From assembly GCA_964441765.1 (NCBI GenBank), contig CAYTVI010000005.1, forward strand, positions 1 through 50,222: DNA of 50,222 nucleotides, in the 5' to 3' direction. The position numbers and the translations under genes were made by a program. The number at the start of each line of letters is the position of its first letter. Position 1 is the first letter of the stretch. Origin of the DNA: an uncultured Sulfurospirillum sp. (GTDB taxonomy: Bacteria > Campylobacterota > Campylobacteria > Campylobacterales > Sulfurospirillaceae). The notes beneath the pieces are model-generated. The model was not told where the DNA came from and searched no databases. It saw nothing but the letters and a program-made list of their open reading frames with translations. Positions 40,814-50,221 of the stretch are shown piece after piece.

Positions 40814-41998
40814 TTAATCCTTTATCCTATGTCCAACAAATTTTGAGAAGTTTTCCATGATGAGCCCTCCTCGCCTAAAACCAAGACCACATCCCTCATA
40901 CGCAAAAAAGACACCTGCTTGGTACGACTCACCTTTAGCATCTTTTGGAAGCTCCGTGTATTCTTGATAAATGGCTTTAAAATTACCATACTCGCCATCA
41001 ACTTTCGCTAACACCGACATATCGTTATCGTAAATAATGGTGTTAGCCCCTTCTCGCCCAAAAGCCCTCTTCTCAACCTGTTTTTTACCTTTTAATGACT
41101 CAAACGAGGTTTCCAAAAGTAAAGGATGATTTGGGAAAAGATCCCATAAAATTTTCATGAAAGCCTTGCTTTGAAACAGTAGCGTATATGCAGGATTGAG
41201 GATAATCGCTTTTTGCTCACGAATGATTTCATCTAGTAAAAGCGCTAAATCACCCTCTTCTATCGCAATATTTTCCCACGGGATAAGCTTAAACCAAAAC
41301 TCAAAGTTTTCATCTCCTTTGAAAATACCTTCTTGTCCATGAAAACCGACCTCATCTACATAGGCAAAATCGGTATTAAACCCTGCTTCATTGGCTGCAA
41401 TTTGTAACAAGCGCGTTGTATTTTCATCTTCAATACTTCCTCTAATCGAAGAAAAAAGAATCTTCCAGCCATCATAGTATTTTTCAAAATCTGCTGTATC
41501 ACCACCTAAAACAACAAGGCGTTTAAAATTCTCTTTTAACGCTTCAAAAACCGTGTTGAACTGTTTGGCTTCATCCATACCATTGGCTTTAAGCATTGCC
41601 CATTGGATAATGGCTGTTTCATACAAAGAGGTGGGCGTATCGGCATTAAACTCTATCAGCTTAATTGGTTTACCATCAATGCCACCTGCAAAATCAAACC
41701 GTCCATACAAATGCCAATGCACATCATTTTCCCATGAGTTCTTAATCAATTCAACCAAATTAAACGGGATATTGAGTTCATGAAAGAGATTGTTATCAAT
41801 AACATATTGCCCGGCTTGGGCAAACATATCGTAAAGCTCGTTTGCCGCTTCATAATAGGCTTCTACTTCTTCATTGCTAACCAAAACCAACTCATCGGCA
41901 ACGTACGATGTGTTATCGTTATCGGTGTGCCAATAAAACCCAATAGATTCTAAAAATTCTTTGGTTAAAGGTTTAATTTTTTCTACATGTAACATCAT
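40814..41998 (-). CDS. Glutathionylspermidine synthase family (ATP-grasp) protein
   Basis: LYGRFDF, IEFNADTPTSL.E, FKL.PWE, GREGAN; start 41998 or 41995. Confidence 0.92.
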   Translation of the reverse strand: MMLHVEKIKPLTKEFLESIGFYWHTDNDNTSYVADELVLVSNEEVEAYYEAANELYDMFAQAGQYVIDNNLFHELNIPFNLVELIKNSWENDVHWHLYGRFDFAGGIDGKPIKLIEFNADTPTSLYETAIIQWAMLKANGMDEAKQFNTVFEALKENFKRLVVLGGDTADFEKYYDGWKILFSSIRGSIEDENTTRLLQIAANEAGFNTDFAYVDEVGFHGQEGIFKGDENFEFWFKLIPWENIAIEEGDLALLLDEIIREQKAIILNPAYTLLFQSKAFMKILWDLFPNHPLLLETSFESLKGKKQVEKRAFGREGANTIIYDNDMSVLAKVDGEYGNFKAIYQEYTELPKDAKGESYQAGVFFAYEGCGLGFRRGGLIMENFSKFVGHRIKD

Positions 41999-42627
41999 CA
42001 ACCTCCTGAACTAACAGGCGCACTTGATGGTGCTTTGGAAGCAGACGATGATGTTCCCGTATTGGAAGAACCAAAAAAACCACTGCTTTTAGAAGCACTA
42101 CTGGTTGCGCTTGTGCCAGCTGGTTTATTGAAACTACTTGTACTTCGACTATAGGCTTGAGGGCTTTTGTAGGTTGTAGCCCGTTGATTTTGATAATTTT
42201 GATTGTTGAAAAGTTTATTTCCGATCCAACTTCCTATCATCGCACCCGCAATACTAGAGAGTAAAATACCTCCTAATCCCATTTGTCCAGAACTTAAACT
42301 TGGATTCGTGAGTGCAGAGGTGTTATTATCAATTTTAGCAGCTTCATCTTTCACTAACTTATCAACCTCTTCTTGGCTTAAAATACGCTCTGTTCCATCA
42401 ACACTACGCACAATAATACGTGTCGTGGAACTTGGGTATTCTTCAGCTATTTTATACTCACCCGGTGCTACTTCATCAACAATAACCAAAGCACCTTGTG
42501 TTTTAGCAGCTTCTTTCAAAACATTTTCTTGATTATCTTTTTGTTCGCATCCTTGCATTGAAGCAATGACCATGACGCCAATACCACCTGCAATCATATA
42601 ATCTGAAATTTTACGTACGTATTTCAT
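41998..42627 (-). CDS. UPF0323 family lipoprotein
   Basis: Lipobox-like MQGC; YKI.EEYP; AM.GSWIGNKLF; Ser-rich SGFFG tail. Confidence 0.85.
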   Translation of the reverse strand: MKYVRKISDYMIAGGIGVMVIASMQGCEQKDNQENVLKEAAKTQGALVIVDEVAPGEYKIAEEYPSSTTRIIVRSVDGTERILSQEEVDKLVKDEAAKIDNNTSALTNPSLSSGQMGLGGILLSSIAGAMIGSWIGNKLFNNQNYQNQRATTYKSPQAYSRSTSSFNKPAGTSATSSASKSSGFFGSSNTGTSSSASKAPSSAPVSSGG

Positions 42628-42634
42628 AATGACT

Positions 42635-43351
42635 CTATTCTCCTAATATCTCTTTGAGTTTTTTACCTTTTTTGATGAATAATTTTCCATTTTTATCCAT
42701 AACATCATGAGCATATCCCACTTTTTTACCTAAGGTATCACTGATCTGTTGTTTTTCTTTTTTAGAAAATCCTTTTTCTTTAAGATAGCTTCTCAAATCT
42801 CGCCAATCGCTGTAAGATTGAAAAATATCCTCTTCTTTTTCATCATTTTCTTCTTCCAATACATCCGCTTCTTCAACATATTCATTTAAAGAAGAGTTGT
42901 TCTCTGGATAAGAATTTGTTTGGGGTTTAACGCAAGGTGCAGGAGAAGCTTCTGAAGAAGCAAATGCTATTTGCCTGTTAGCTAACGATAAGATTGTTTT
43001 GAGTTGTTCATCTCGCTCTTTATAAATTGCTTCGATTTTTTCTTTTGATTCAATCAAAAGTCTCTCTTTATCAGCAATTAAACGCTCTTTATCGGCCTCT
43101 AAACGCTCATTTTTAAGCTTTATCTCTTCTAACTGTGTTTTTAAAAGCTCTATATAAGCGCCATCTACATTCGTCTCGATTTTACGAGATGTGGCATGGG
43201 TTTCTTTGTGCGTATTTTTAGAAAAGAGAATGTACTTCACACCTTCTTCAACCACACACTGCAAGGTTCCTCTGCGTAATCGATTGTAAATTGCCTCTTT
43301 ACTAACGTTCATTAATTTGGCTGCTTCGATAACCGTAAGCTTTTTATCCAT
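42635..43351 (-). CDS. HTH plus coiled-coil DNA-binding protein
   Basis: N-terminal LTVIEAAKLMNVSKEAIYNRLRRG (MerR/Xis-type HTH); heptad region with tandem ADKERL; acidic linker; basic C-terminus. Confidence 0.75.
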   Translation of the reverse strand: MDKKLTVIEAAKLMNVSKEAIYNRLRRGTLQCVVEEGVKYILFSKNTHKETHATSRKIETNVDGAYIELLKTQLEEIKLKNERLEADKERLIADKERLLIESKEKIEAIYKERDEQLKTILSLANRQIAFASSEASPAPCVKPQTNSYPENNSSLNEYVEEADVLEEENDEKEEDIFQSYSDWRDLRSYLKEKGFSKKEKQQISDTLGKKVGYAHDVMDKNGKLFIKKGKKLKEILGE

Positions 43352-43452
43352 GCTGCGTCCTTTATGACTAACGATGAAGAGATTGAAGGTATTATGTTAT
43401 CACAGATTTAATTAGTTTTGTTTGAGGAAGGATTTGTGAGGAAAAATAAAGA

Positions 43453-43476
43453 AGCCAAGAAGCTAACTTCTTGGCT
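43453..43476 (-). terminator. rpsU terminator
   Basis: AGCCAAGAAG-ctaa-CTTCTTGGCT with T-rich tail on the minus strand. Confidence 0.8.
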
Positions 43477-43483
43477 GTGTGTG

Positions 43484-43696
43484 TTAGAGTCTTGACTCGT
43501 AACGGCGAAGCATATACAAACGTTTAAGCTGTTTTTTGCGAGCACTAATTTTATCTTTTTTGCGTTTTTCCGTTGCTGTTTCATAGAAACGTCTTGCACG
43601 CACTTCAGTGACAACTAGGTTACGATCAACTTGCTTTTTAAACTTGCGATACGCTTCGTCAAACGATTCATTGGGGTGTACTTTAATCCCTGGCAT
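43484..43696 (-). CDS. rpsU: 30S ribosomal protein S21
   Basis: [25 protein letters not shown]; 70 aa. Confidence 0.97.
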   Translation of the reverse strand: MPGIKVHPNESFDEAYRKFKKQVDRNLVVTEVRARRFYETATEKRKKDKISARKKQLKRLYMLRRYESRL

Positions 43697-43812
43697 ACTC
43701 TATCCACCACCTTTCTGAATGAATTTAGGGTGGAAGTATAGCTAAACAGCTTTACATGTAAGCTTAAAAAAGATAGTTAGGAGAAAAATTGACGATAAAA
43801 TAATAATATATC

Positions 43813-43841
43813 TTGACTTTCTACGTCATTCAATGTATACT
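43813..43841 (+). promoter_or_regulatory. Sigma70-type promoter of the resolvase-like/ccoG operon
   Basis: TTGACT-17 nt-TATACT. Confidence 0.65.
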
Positions 43842-43875
43842 TTCGTCAAACAAATGATAAAAAGGTGACAATTTC

Positions 43876-44571
43876 ATGAATATTGTACTCTTAAAAAACC
43901 GTGTTGATGAGCCAAATATCACTGTTCAGCAAAAACAGATTATGAAATATGCGCACCATCACAATCTTAAAATCGATACCACAGAAATAGAAAACTCCAA
44001 CCCTTTGCTTGAGCTTGAAGAACGAAAAGAATTTAAAGGCTTTTTACGTTCTTTAGAAACGGGTGATCATCTTCTTATTTTTGATATAACAACATTTTCA
44101 GAATCTGTGGAAGAACTGGTCAAGGTATTTGAGTGTCTTCTCAAACGTTCCATTTCTGTCCATCTTGCTGAGTGTAATACGCTGATAGAAACCAATACAA
44201 AACCTCTTATCTTATTAGAACTTCTTTGTAAACAACGTGAACTTAATAAACAACTTGAAAAAGAAAAAGCACAAGGAAGACCAAAAGGAAGAATGTCTAA
44301 GTCTAAATTTGATATTTATAGGCCACGCGTGATTGAACTCTTAGAAGCAAAAACATCTGTCAGTGAAATCGCTAAAATTTTAGGTGTTAGTCGAACCTCA
44401 TTAAAAGATTATATTAATTCGCGAGGTCTTAAAGATTTAGTTAAAGCCAAAATATCTCTTTTGAAATCACCTAAAAAACATGCTATCTCAATTAAATCAA
44501 AACCTCCGAAAGAGTGCTCTTTAATCAAAGATATCGCTCTTCAACCACAAGGAAATTCGCATGCAATGTAG
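43876..44571 (+). CDS. Resolvase/serine-recombinase-like protein, catalytic motifs degenerate, with C-terminal HTH
   Basis: Q...I..YA, R.EF..L..GD.L resolvase-like pattern; GRPKG; SVSEIAKILGVSRTSL HTH. Confidence 0.7.
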   Translation: MNIVLLKNRVDEPNITVQQKQIMKYAHHHNLKIDTTEIENSNPLLELEERKEFKGFLRSLETGDHLLIFDITTFSESVEELVKVFECLLKRSISVHLAECNTLIETNTKPLILLELLCKQRELNKQLEKEKAQGRPKGRMSKSKFDIYRPRVIELLEAKTSVSEIAKILGVSRTSLKDYINSRGLKDLVKAKISLLKSPKKHAISIKSKPPKECSLIKDIALQPQGNSHAM

Positions 44572-45922
44572 TACAACCACTCCTATTTATTACCGTAAAA
44601 AACGCTATTTTACGTTTGGTATCATCACTCTTATTTCATTAATTCTCCCTTTTATTCGTATTGAAGGAAATCACTTTTTTTTACTGAGCTTTGATAAAAA
44701 ACAGTTGCATCTCTTGTTTACTACTTTTGATATGCAAGAGCTCTATTTGATGCCTTTTATTCTGATGCTTCTCTTTTTAGGCATCTTTTTTATGACTACT
44801 TTAGGAGGTCGTGTTTGGTGTGGGTGGTCCTGTCCTCAAACAATCTTCCGTGTCATTTATCGCGACCTTATTGAAACAGCACTTCTTGGTATTCATAAAA
44901 GTATTAAAAATAAACAAAAAGATGATAATGCAGGTAATTCGTTTAAAAAGATAATTGCTCTTCTTATTTGGTCACTCTTAGCTTTTGTTGCCGCATCTAA
45001 CTTTTTATGGTATTTCATACCTCCTGAAGATTTTTTCCAGTATCTCAAAGAACCTACCGAACACAGTGTCATGTATGGATTTTTACTCGGTGTTGCGCTC
45101 TTTTTAATTTACGATATTGTCTCCTTGAAAGAAAATTTTTGTGTCTATATTTGCCCTTATGCGCGTATTCAATCTGTTTTATTTGATGAAAATACCCTCC
45201 AAACAATTTATGATGAAAAACGTGGCGGTAAAATTTTTGATGCAAAAGGAACTAAACTTAGCTCTAAACCACCATTAGAAACAGATGATTGTACAGGATG
45301 CGAAGCCTGCGTCCGTATCTGCCCAACACACATTGATATTCGAAAAGGTATGCAATTAGAATGTATTAATTGTTTAGAATGTGCCGATGCTTGTACGCCG
45401 GTTATGGAAAAGTTAGGTAAGCCGTCTTTAATTACATGGACAAGTTCTAACGCTATTGAAAAAAATGCCACAACACAATATTTTCGATTTAGAACTATCG
45501 CTTACGGCGTAGCATTAACTTTAGCACTCATTGGTCTTTTTATCATGGGTAGCAAAAAAGAGTATATGCTCTTAAACATCAACCGTCCAAGTCAGCTTTA
45601 CAAAATCTTAGATGATGGTAAAACTGTTGAAAATGCTTATACCTTTTTATTCCAAAATACTGATACTAAAGACCATATGTATTATTTTGATATTTCACAC
45701 AACGATATCATCATTGATAAACCAAGTGAGCCTTTCTTGCTCAAAGCGGGTGAAAAAATGAAAAAAATCGTTCTTTTAACCTCTGTTCCTAAAGAGATTA
45801 AAGCAGAAGGCGAAGCTCTTCCCATTGAAATTAAAGCGTATGCAACAGATGAGAAAGAAAAAATTGTGATTACACGAAAAACTATCTTCATTTACCCTAA
45901 AAAAGCTGACTACTCACGCTAA
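44561..45922 (+). CDS. ccoG: cbb3 oxidase accessory protein CcoG/FixG
   Basis: GRVWCGWSCPQT, FCVYICPY, CTGCEACVRICP, CINCLECADAC. Confidence 0.95.
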   Translation: MQCSTTTPIYYRKKRYFTFGIITLISLILPFIRIEGNHFFLLSFDKKQLHLLFTTFDMQELYLMPFILMLLFLGIFFMTTLGGRVWCGWSCPQTIFRVIYRDLIETALLGIHKSIKNKQKDDNAGNSFKKIIALLIWSLLAFVAASNFLWYFIPPEDFFQYLKEPTEHSVMYGFLLGVALFLIYDIVSLKENFCVYICPYARIQSVLFDENTLQTIYDEKRGGKIFDAKGTKLSSKPPLETDDCTGCEACVRICPTHIDIRKGMQLECINCLECADACTPVMEKLGKPSLITWTSSNAIEKNATTQYFRFRTIAYGVALTLALIGLFIMGSKKEYMLLNINRPSQLYKILDDGKTVENAYTFLFQNTDTKDHMYYFDISHNDIIIDKPSEPFLLKAGEKMKKIVLLTSVPKEIKAEGEALPIEIKAYATDEKEKIVITRKTIFIYPKKADYSR

Positions 45923-45931
45923 ATACTTCAA

Positions 45932-45959
45932 TTAGGATAGAGATTTTTCTCTATCCTAA
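45932..45959 (+). terminator. Hairpin after ccoG
   Basis: TTAGGATAGAGA-tttt-TCTCTATCCTAA followed by CTTTT. Confidence 0.7.
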
Positions 45960-45976
45960 CTTTTACAGGAGACGCA

Positions 45977-46930
45977 ATGATACATTCAACACGTTTAGCA
46001 CATTTCCCTATTATGATGTTTGCGATCACAATGGGGCTTTCAGGGCTCACCATTGTTTATCAAAAAGCCACTTTATGGCTAGGGGTCCCCTCTTTTATCA
46101 GTATTGTTCTAACCATCCTTGTTACGCTTATTTTTTCTATAATTGCATCACTATATGTTCTTAAAATATTCTTCCATTTAGACGCTGTACGAAATGAATT
46201 TAACCATCCTATTCGTATTAATTTTTTTGCTGCTGTCTCAATTTCATTGCTACTTCTCTCTATTGTCTACCATGAAATTTCAATCACTTTTTCTTCTATT
46301 TTATGGTATATTGGCGCCAGTTTACAAACTTTTTTTACGTTTTACACTATCAATTTTTGGATTACAAAAAATATGGAAATCACACATTCAAATCCTGCAT
46401 GGTTTATTCCTATTGTGGGTAATGTGATTGTGCCTATTGGAGGCGAAAGCTTTGCTCCTTTAGCTATACTCATCTATTTTTTTGCGGTGGGTATCTTTTT
46501 TTGGATTGTTTTAATGCCTATTATCATCAATCGTATCATTTTCCATCATCAATTAGCGCAAAAGTTCATTCCTACTCTATTTATATTCATAGCACCACCA
46601 TCGGTCAGTGTTCTAAGCTATGTTAAGCTCACAGGAAACTTTGATTTTTTTGCTTCATTGCTTTACAGTATAGGGCTCTTTTTTACACTTCTATTGCTAT
46701 TTAGAATTAAAGATTTTATTAAACTTCCATTTTTTATATCGTGGTGGGCTTTTACATTTCCTCTAGCAGCTATGACTATTGCTTCACTGGTTGTATACCA
46801 TACAACGCACACTCTTTTTTATAGCTATATTGCGCATTTTTTGATTTTAGCAACAACACTTATTATTTTCATTGTGGGATATAAAACACTTTATCATATG
46901 ACTAAGAAAGAGATTTGTATAGCGGAGTAA
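45977..46930 (+). CDS. SLAC1/TehA (TDT) family anion transporter
   Basis: F...MGL.G, HP.R.NFF, NPAWFIP.VG, FI.IAPP, SWWAFTFPLAA. Confidence 0.9.
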   Translation: MIHSTRLAHFPIMMFAITMGLSGLTIVYQKATLWLGVPSFISIVLTILVTLIFSIIASLYVLKIFFHLDAVRNEFNHPIRINFFAAVSISLLLLSIVYHEISITFSSILWYIGASLQTFFTFYTINFWITKNMEITHSNPAWFIPIVGNVIVPIGGESFAPLAILIYFFAVGIFFWIVLMPIIINRIIFHHQLAQKFIPTLFIFIAPPSVSVLSYVKLTGNFDFFASLLYSIGLFFTLLLLFRIKDFIKLPFFISWWAFTFPLAAMTIASLVVYHTTHTLFYSYIAHFLILATTLIIFIVGYKTLYHMTKKEICIAE

Positions 46931-46943
46931 GAAGAAAGCTAAG

Positions 46944-46971
46944 TAGGAGATGGCTTATAAACCATCTCCTA
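46944..46971. terminator. Bidirectional terminator
   Basis: TAGGAGATGG-cttataaa-CCATCTCCTA between convergent TDT gene and rplT. Confidence 0.75.
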
Positions 46972-46985
46972 TTAAACTAAAAGTA

Positions 46986-47339
46986 TTAGAGGGCAGCTTT
47001 TGCTTGTTTTACAACAATTGCAAATGCTTCAGGGTCATTCATCGCCATATCTGCAAGAATTTTTCTATCTAAATCAATATTGGCTTTATTAAGAGCGTTA
47101 ATAAAACGTGAATAACTGATGTCGTTTAGTCTGCACGCTGCATTGATACGTGTGATCCAGAGTCTTCTAAAATCTCTTTTTTTCTGTCTTCTGTCTCTAA
47201 ATGCATAGACCATACTTCTTTCAAGTTGTTCTTTCGCTTTTCTAAAGTGTTTTCTTCTTCCACTAAAGAAACCTCTTGCCAACTTTAAAATCTTCTTGTG
47301 ACGTCTTCTTCTGACGATACCTGTTTTTACTCTTGCCAT
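46986..47339 (-). CDS. rplT: 50S ribosomal protein L20
   Basis: [33 protein letters not shown]; 117 aa; AAGGAG RBS. Confidence 0.98.
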   Translation of the reverse strand: MARVKTGIVRRRRHKKILKLARGFFSGRRKHFRKAKEQLERSMVYAFRDRRQKKRDFRRLWITRINAACRLNDISYSRFINALNKANIDLDRKILADMAMNDPEAFAIVVKQAKAAL

Positions 47340-47345
47340 GGTGTC

Positions 47346-47440
47346 TCCTTGACCAAATAAATCAATGTCGGTGTCCCGCACGGGAACTTGCCCTCACTCA
47401 GGAGGGGAACATTACATGTAGGGTGAATGACTCTTGTCAA
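47346..47440 (-). ncRNA. Candidate structured cis-RNA (L20 leader-like) between rpmI and rplT
   Basis: Nested pairings UUGAC/GUCAA, AAUGUU/GACAUU, CCCUC/GAGGG, UCCC/GGGA; outer stem abuts the rplT RBS. Confidence 0.4.
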
Positions 47441-47454
47441 AAACTCTTTTTAAA

Positions 47455-47649
47455 TTACGCTTTACAAAGCATTAATTTGACGGACTTCTCATCGCGTGCA
47501 TCAACAGTTTTAGCGACTTTCAAACCACGCATTCTTTTCGTTGGTTTTTTAGTAAGAATATGACTTCTAAAGGCAGCGCCTCTTTTAATCTTATTCTTTG
47601 CGCATCTAAAACGCTTGGCTGCACCGCGTACCGTTTTCATTTTCGGCAT
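47455..47649 (-). CDS. rpmI: 50S ribosomal protein L35
   Basis: MPKMKT.RGAAKRF, SHIL.KK; 64 aa. Confidence 0.97.
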   Translation of the reverse strand: MPKMKTVRGAAKRFRCAKNKIKRGAAFRSHILTKKPTKRMRGLKVAKTVDARDEKSVKLMLCKA

Positions 47650-47765
47650 GCTTACTCCTTGTGATTATTCCAAAATCCAAATGGGAAAACTCCCCTCTAG
47701 CTTTAGAAAACGCTTATAATAGCTTTTTTTTCCTTAGAGGGGATTAAAATGAGTATAAAATGAGG

Positions 47766-48281
47766 TTACTTTTTTGGAGTGACCAGCATATTGATGTATC
47801 GACCTTCAAGCTTAGGTGTTTTTTCTCTCTCTGCAATATCTTCCAACATTGGCCATAGTGTTTCTAATACTTGTTCACCAATCTCAGGGTTTGCCATCTC
47901 TCGCCCTTTGAGAAAAACTCTAAATTTAACATGCTTCCCTTCTTCAAGAAACTCTCTTGCATGTTTTACTTTATAGTTAATATCATTTTGAGCGATTTTG
48001 ACAGAGAGTTTAATCTCTTTAACCTCGATAATTTTCTGATTTTTGCGTGCTTCTTTAAGCTTTTTTTCCTGTTGATATTTGAACTTTCCATAGTTCATAA
48101 TCTTAGCCACAGGAGGGTTTGCATCTGGTGCAATCAGCACAAGATCTAGACCTAGTTCATCAGCTTTGGCTAAAGCCTCTTTTCGGGTGATAATGCCATA
48201 TTGTGTGCCATCATCTCCGATACATCTTACTTCTGCTGCTCTGATTTCATCATTAAGCATGACCTCTTTGTCTTTACTCAA
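47766..48281 (-). CDS. infC: Translation initiation factor IF-3
   Basis: N.EIRA.EVR, LDLV.I.P.A.PPV.KIM.YGK, KEIK, GRE; TTG start overlapping the thrS stop. Confidence 0.97.
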   Translation of the reverse strand: MSKDKEVMLNDEIRAAEVRCIGDDGTQYGIITRKEALAKADELGLDLVLIAPDANPPVAKIMNYGKFKYQQEKKLKEARKNQKIIEVKEIKLSVKIAQNDINYKVKHAREFLEEGKHVKFRVFLKGREMANPEIGEQVLETLWPMLEDIAEREKTPKLEGRYINMLVTPKK

Positions 48282-50095
48282 AAGTGTACCTCACTCAATT
48301 TCTCCTTTAGATTTTTTAGTAGTTCTACCTTGCTTACATTATACTGTGTTCTTTCGCGTCTGTCACGTACTGCAACACTTTGGTTTTCAACCTCTGCATC
48401 ACCAATCACTAAAATCATAGGAACTCTCATGGTTTCAGCATTGCGAATACGTTTATTAAGGCTCTCATTCTTAGAAGAAACCTCTGCATCAATTCCCTCG
48501 CCCATCAACTCATTTGCCAAGGCTTTAGCATACGCTAAATGAGCATCCGAGATAGGGATAATCACCGTTTGAATCGGTGCAATAAAGAATGGAAACTCAC
48601 CAGATGTGTGTTCAATTAAAATACCAATAAATCGCTCAAATGACCCCAAAATTGCTCTGTGCAACATAACAGGTCGCGCATGTTCATTGTTGGCATCAAC
48701 ATAAGAGATATCAAAACGCTCTGGTAAATTAAAATCGACTTGAATCGTTCCACATTGCCATTTACGTTTTAATGCATCCGTAATTTTGATATCAATTTTT
48801 GGACCATAAAACGCGCCACCACCTTCATCAATGCCATACTTAATGCCATTTTCATCGAGTGCTTTTTTAAGTCCTTCCGTTGCCGCAATCCAGTAGGCTT
48901 CATCACCAATGGACTTCTCAGGACGCGTTGAAATTTCCATTTCATACTTAAATCCAAAAGCATTCATGATAGAATCGACAAAACTTAAAATTTCTATAAC
49001 ATTTTCTTTAATTTGGTCTGGGGTACAGAAAATATGAGCATCATCTTGTGTAAATTCGCGCACACGGAACAAACCATGAAGAACACCACTTTTTTCATGA
49101 CGATGAACAACGCCGTATTCAAAAAATTTAAGTGGTAAATCACGATAGCTTCTGACTTCATTTTGGAACACTTTAATATGCCCTAAACAGTTCATCGGCT
49201 TAATACCATACTCAGCTTCATCAATAACGGTAAAATACATATTTTCACCATAATTTTGGTAATGCCCACTGATTTTCCATGCATCTGATTTTAGAAGTTC
49301 AGGTCCACGTACAGGCTGATAACCACGCTTTCGGTGTGCTTTAAATAAAAGTTGTTCTAACTTTGAACGCAATCTTCCGCCATTTGGCAACCAAATAGGA
49401 AGTCCCGCCCCTACTTCTTCATCAAAAGTAAAAAGTTTAAGTTCATTTCCAATTTTACGGTGGTCTCGCTTTTTAGCCTCTTCAATCATGGTCACATAAT
49501 CTTTAAGACTCTCTTTGTCTGCAAAAGCTATACCATAGATACGTGTCAGCATCTCTCGTTTTTCATCGCCACCAAGATAGGCACCTGCAACTTTAATCAG
49601 CTTGAAAAATCGAAGGTATTTAGTATTCGGTACATGAGGACCTCGACATAAATCTTCAAAGTCACCTTGTTTATAGATAGAGACTTCACCTTCAGGTATT
49701 CGAAGGAGTACTTCTTGTTTTAAGTCATCATTGGCAAAATGCTTAACAACCTCTGTTTTCGTTGTGCAGGTTTTTTCGATGGGGAGTTTAGCGTTCGCAA
49801 GTTCACTCATCTTTTGCTCAATTGCTTTTAAATCAGCATCACCAATTTTTACACCGACACGAAAATCATAGTAAAAGCCATCTTCAATCACAGGACCTAC
49901 GAAAAATTTTGCATCAGGATACAATGCTTTGATTGCCTGAGCCATTAAGTGTGCGCATGAGTGACGAATCACTTCAAGAGACTCTTTGGAATTGTTAAAC
50001 AAAAGTGTTTCGGGATAAGTGGAAGAAGAAGCTGTTGCAGTTTGTGTGTCGATGACTTGCCCGCCTACTTTATAGGCTATCACATCATTCATCAT
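48278..50095 (-). CDS. thrS: Threonyl-tRNA synthetase
   Basis: [52 protein letters not shown]; real start MMND at 50095 after AAGGA. Confidence 0.98.
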   Translation of the reverse strand: MMNDVIAYKVGGQVIDTQTATASSSTYPETLLFNNSKESLEVIRHSCAHLMAQAIKALYPDAKFFVGPVIEDGFYYDFRVGVKIGDADLKAIEQKMSELANAKLPIEKTCTTKTEVVKHFANDDLKQEVLLRIPEGEVSIYKQGDFEDLCRGPHVPNTKYLRFFKLIKVAGAYLGGDEKREMLTRIYGIAFADKESLKDYVTMIEEAKKRDHRKIGNELKLFTFDEEVGAGLPIWLPNGGRLRSKLEQLLFKAHRKRGYQPVRGPELLKSDAWKISGHYQNYGENMYFTVIDEAEYGIKPMNCLGHIKVFQNEVRSYRDLPLKFFEYGVVHRHEKSGVLHGLFRVREFTQDDAHIFCTPDQIKENVIEILSFVDSIMNAFGFKYEMEISTRPEKSIGDEAYWIAATEGLKKALDENGIKYGIDEGGGAFYGPKIDIKITDALKRKWQCGTIQVDFNLPERFDISYVDANNEHARPVMLHRAILGSFERFIGILIEHTSGEFPFFIAPIQTVIIPISDAHLAYAKALANELMGEGIDAEVSSKNESLNKRIRNAETMRVPMILVIGDAEVENQSVAVRDRRERTQYNVSKVELLKNLKEKLSEVHF

Positions 50096-50145
50096 TATAA
50101 ATCCTTTACTTGTATGAACTCCCAAACCAACGGGAGAACAAAAAA

Positions 50146-50221
50146 TGGTGGCCACGAGAGGATTCGAACCTCCGACCACTACCATGTCAAGGTAGTGCTC
50201 TACCAACTGAGCTACGCGACC
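50146..50221 (-). tRNA. tRNA-Val(GAC)
   Basis: GGTCGCG-TAGCTCAGTTGGTAGAGCA-CTACC-TT-GAC-AT-GGTAG-TGGTCGGAGGTTCGAATCCTCT-CGTGGCC-ACCA; 76 nt with encoded CCA. Confidence 0.97.

Noticed and set aside
41998-42180. Ser/Thr-rich low-complexity repeat
   Set aside because: Normal tail of UPF0323 lipoproteins; no DNA-level tandem repeat.
43876-44571. Resolvase-like gene as a transposon or invertible element
   Set aside because: No transposase or terminal repeats, catalytic residues missing, and it sits among core genes.
47340-47381. 14-aa N-terminal extension of L20
   Set aside because: Canonical MARVK start with AAGGAG at 47339.
50096-50206. 37-aa N-terminal extension of ThrS in the ORF track
   Set aside because: It runs through tRNA-Val; a good RBS precedes ATG 50095.
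50119-50221. tRNA-Val as an island integration site
   Set aside because: No integrase or duplicated tRNA 3' end seen; thrS follows directly. Only a short CTCCC/GGGAG hairpin lies between.
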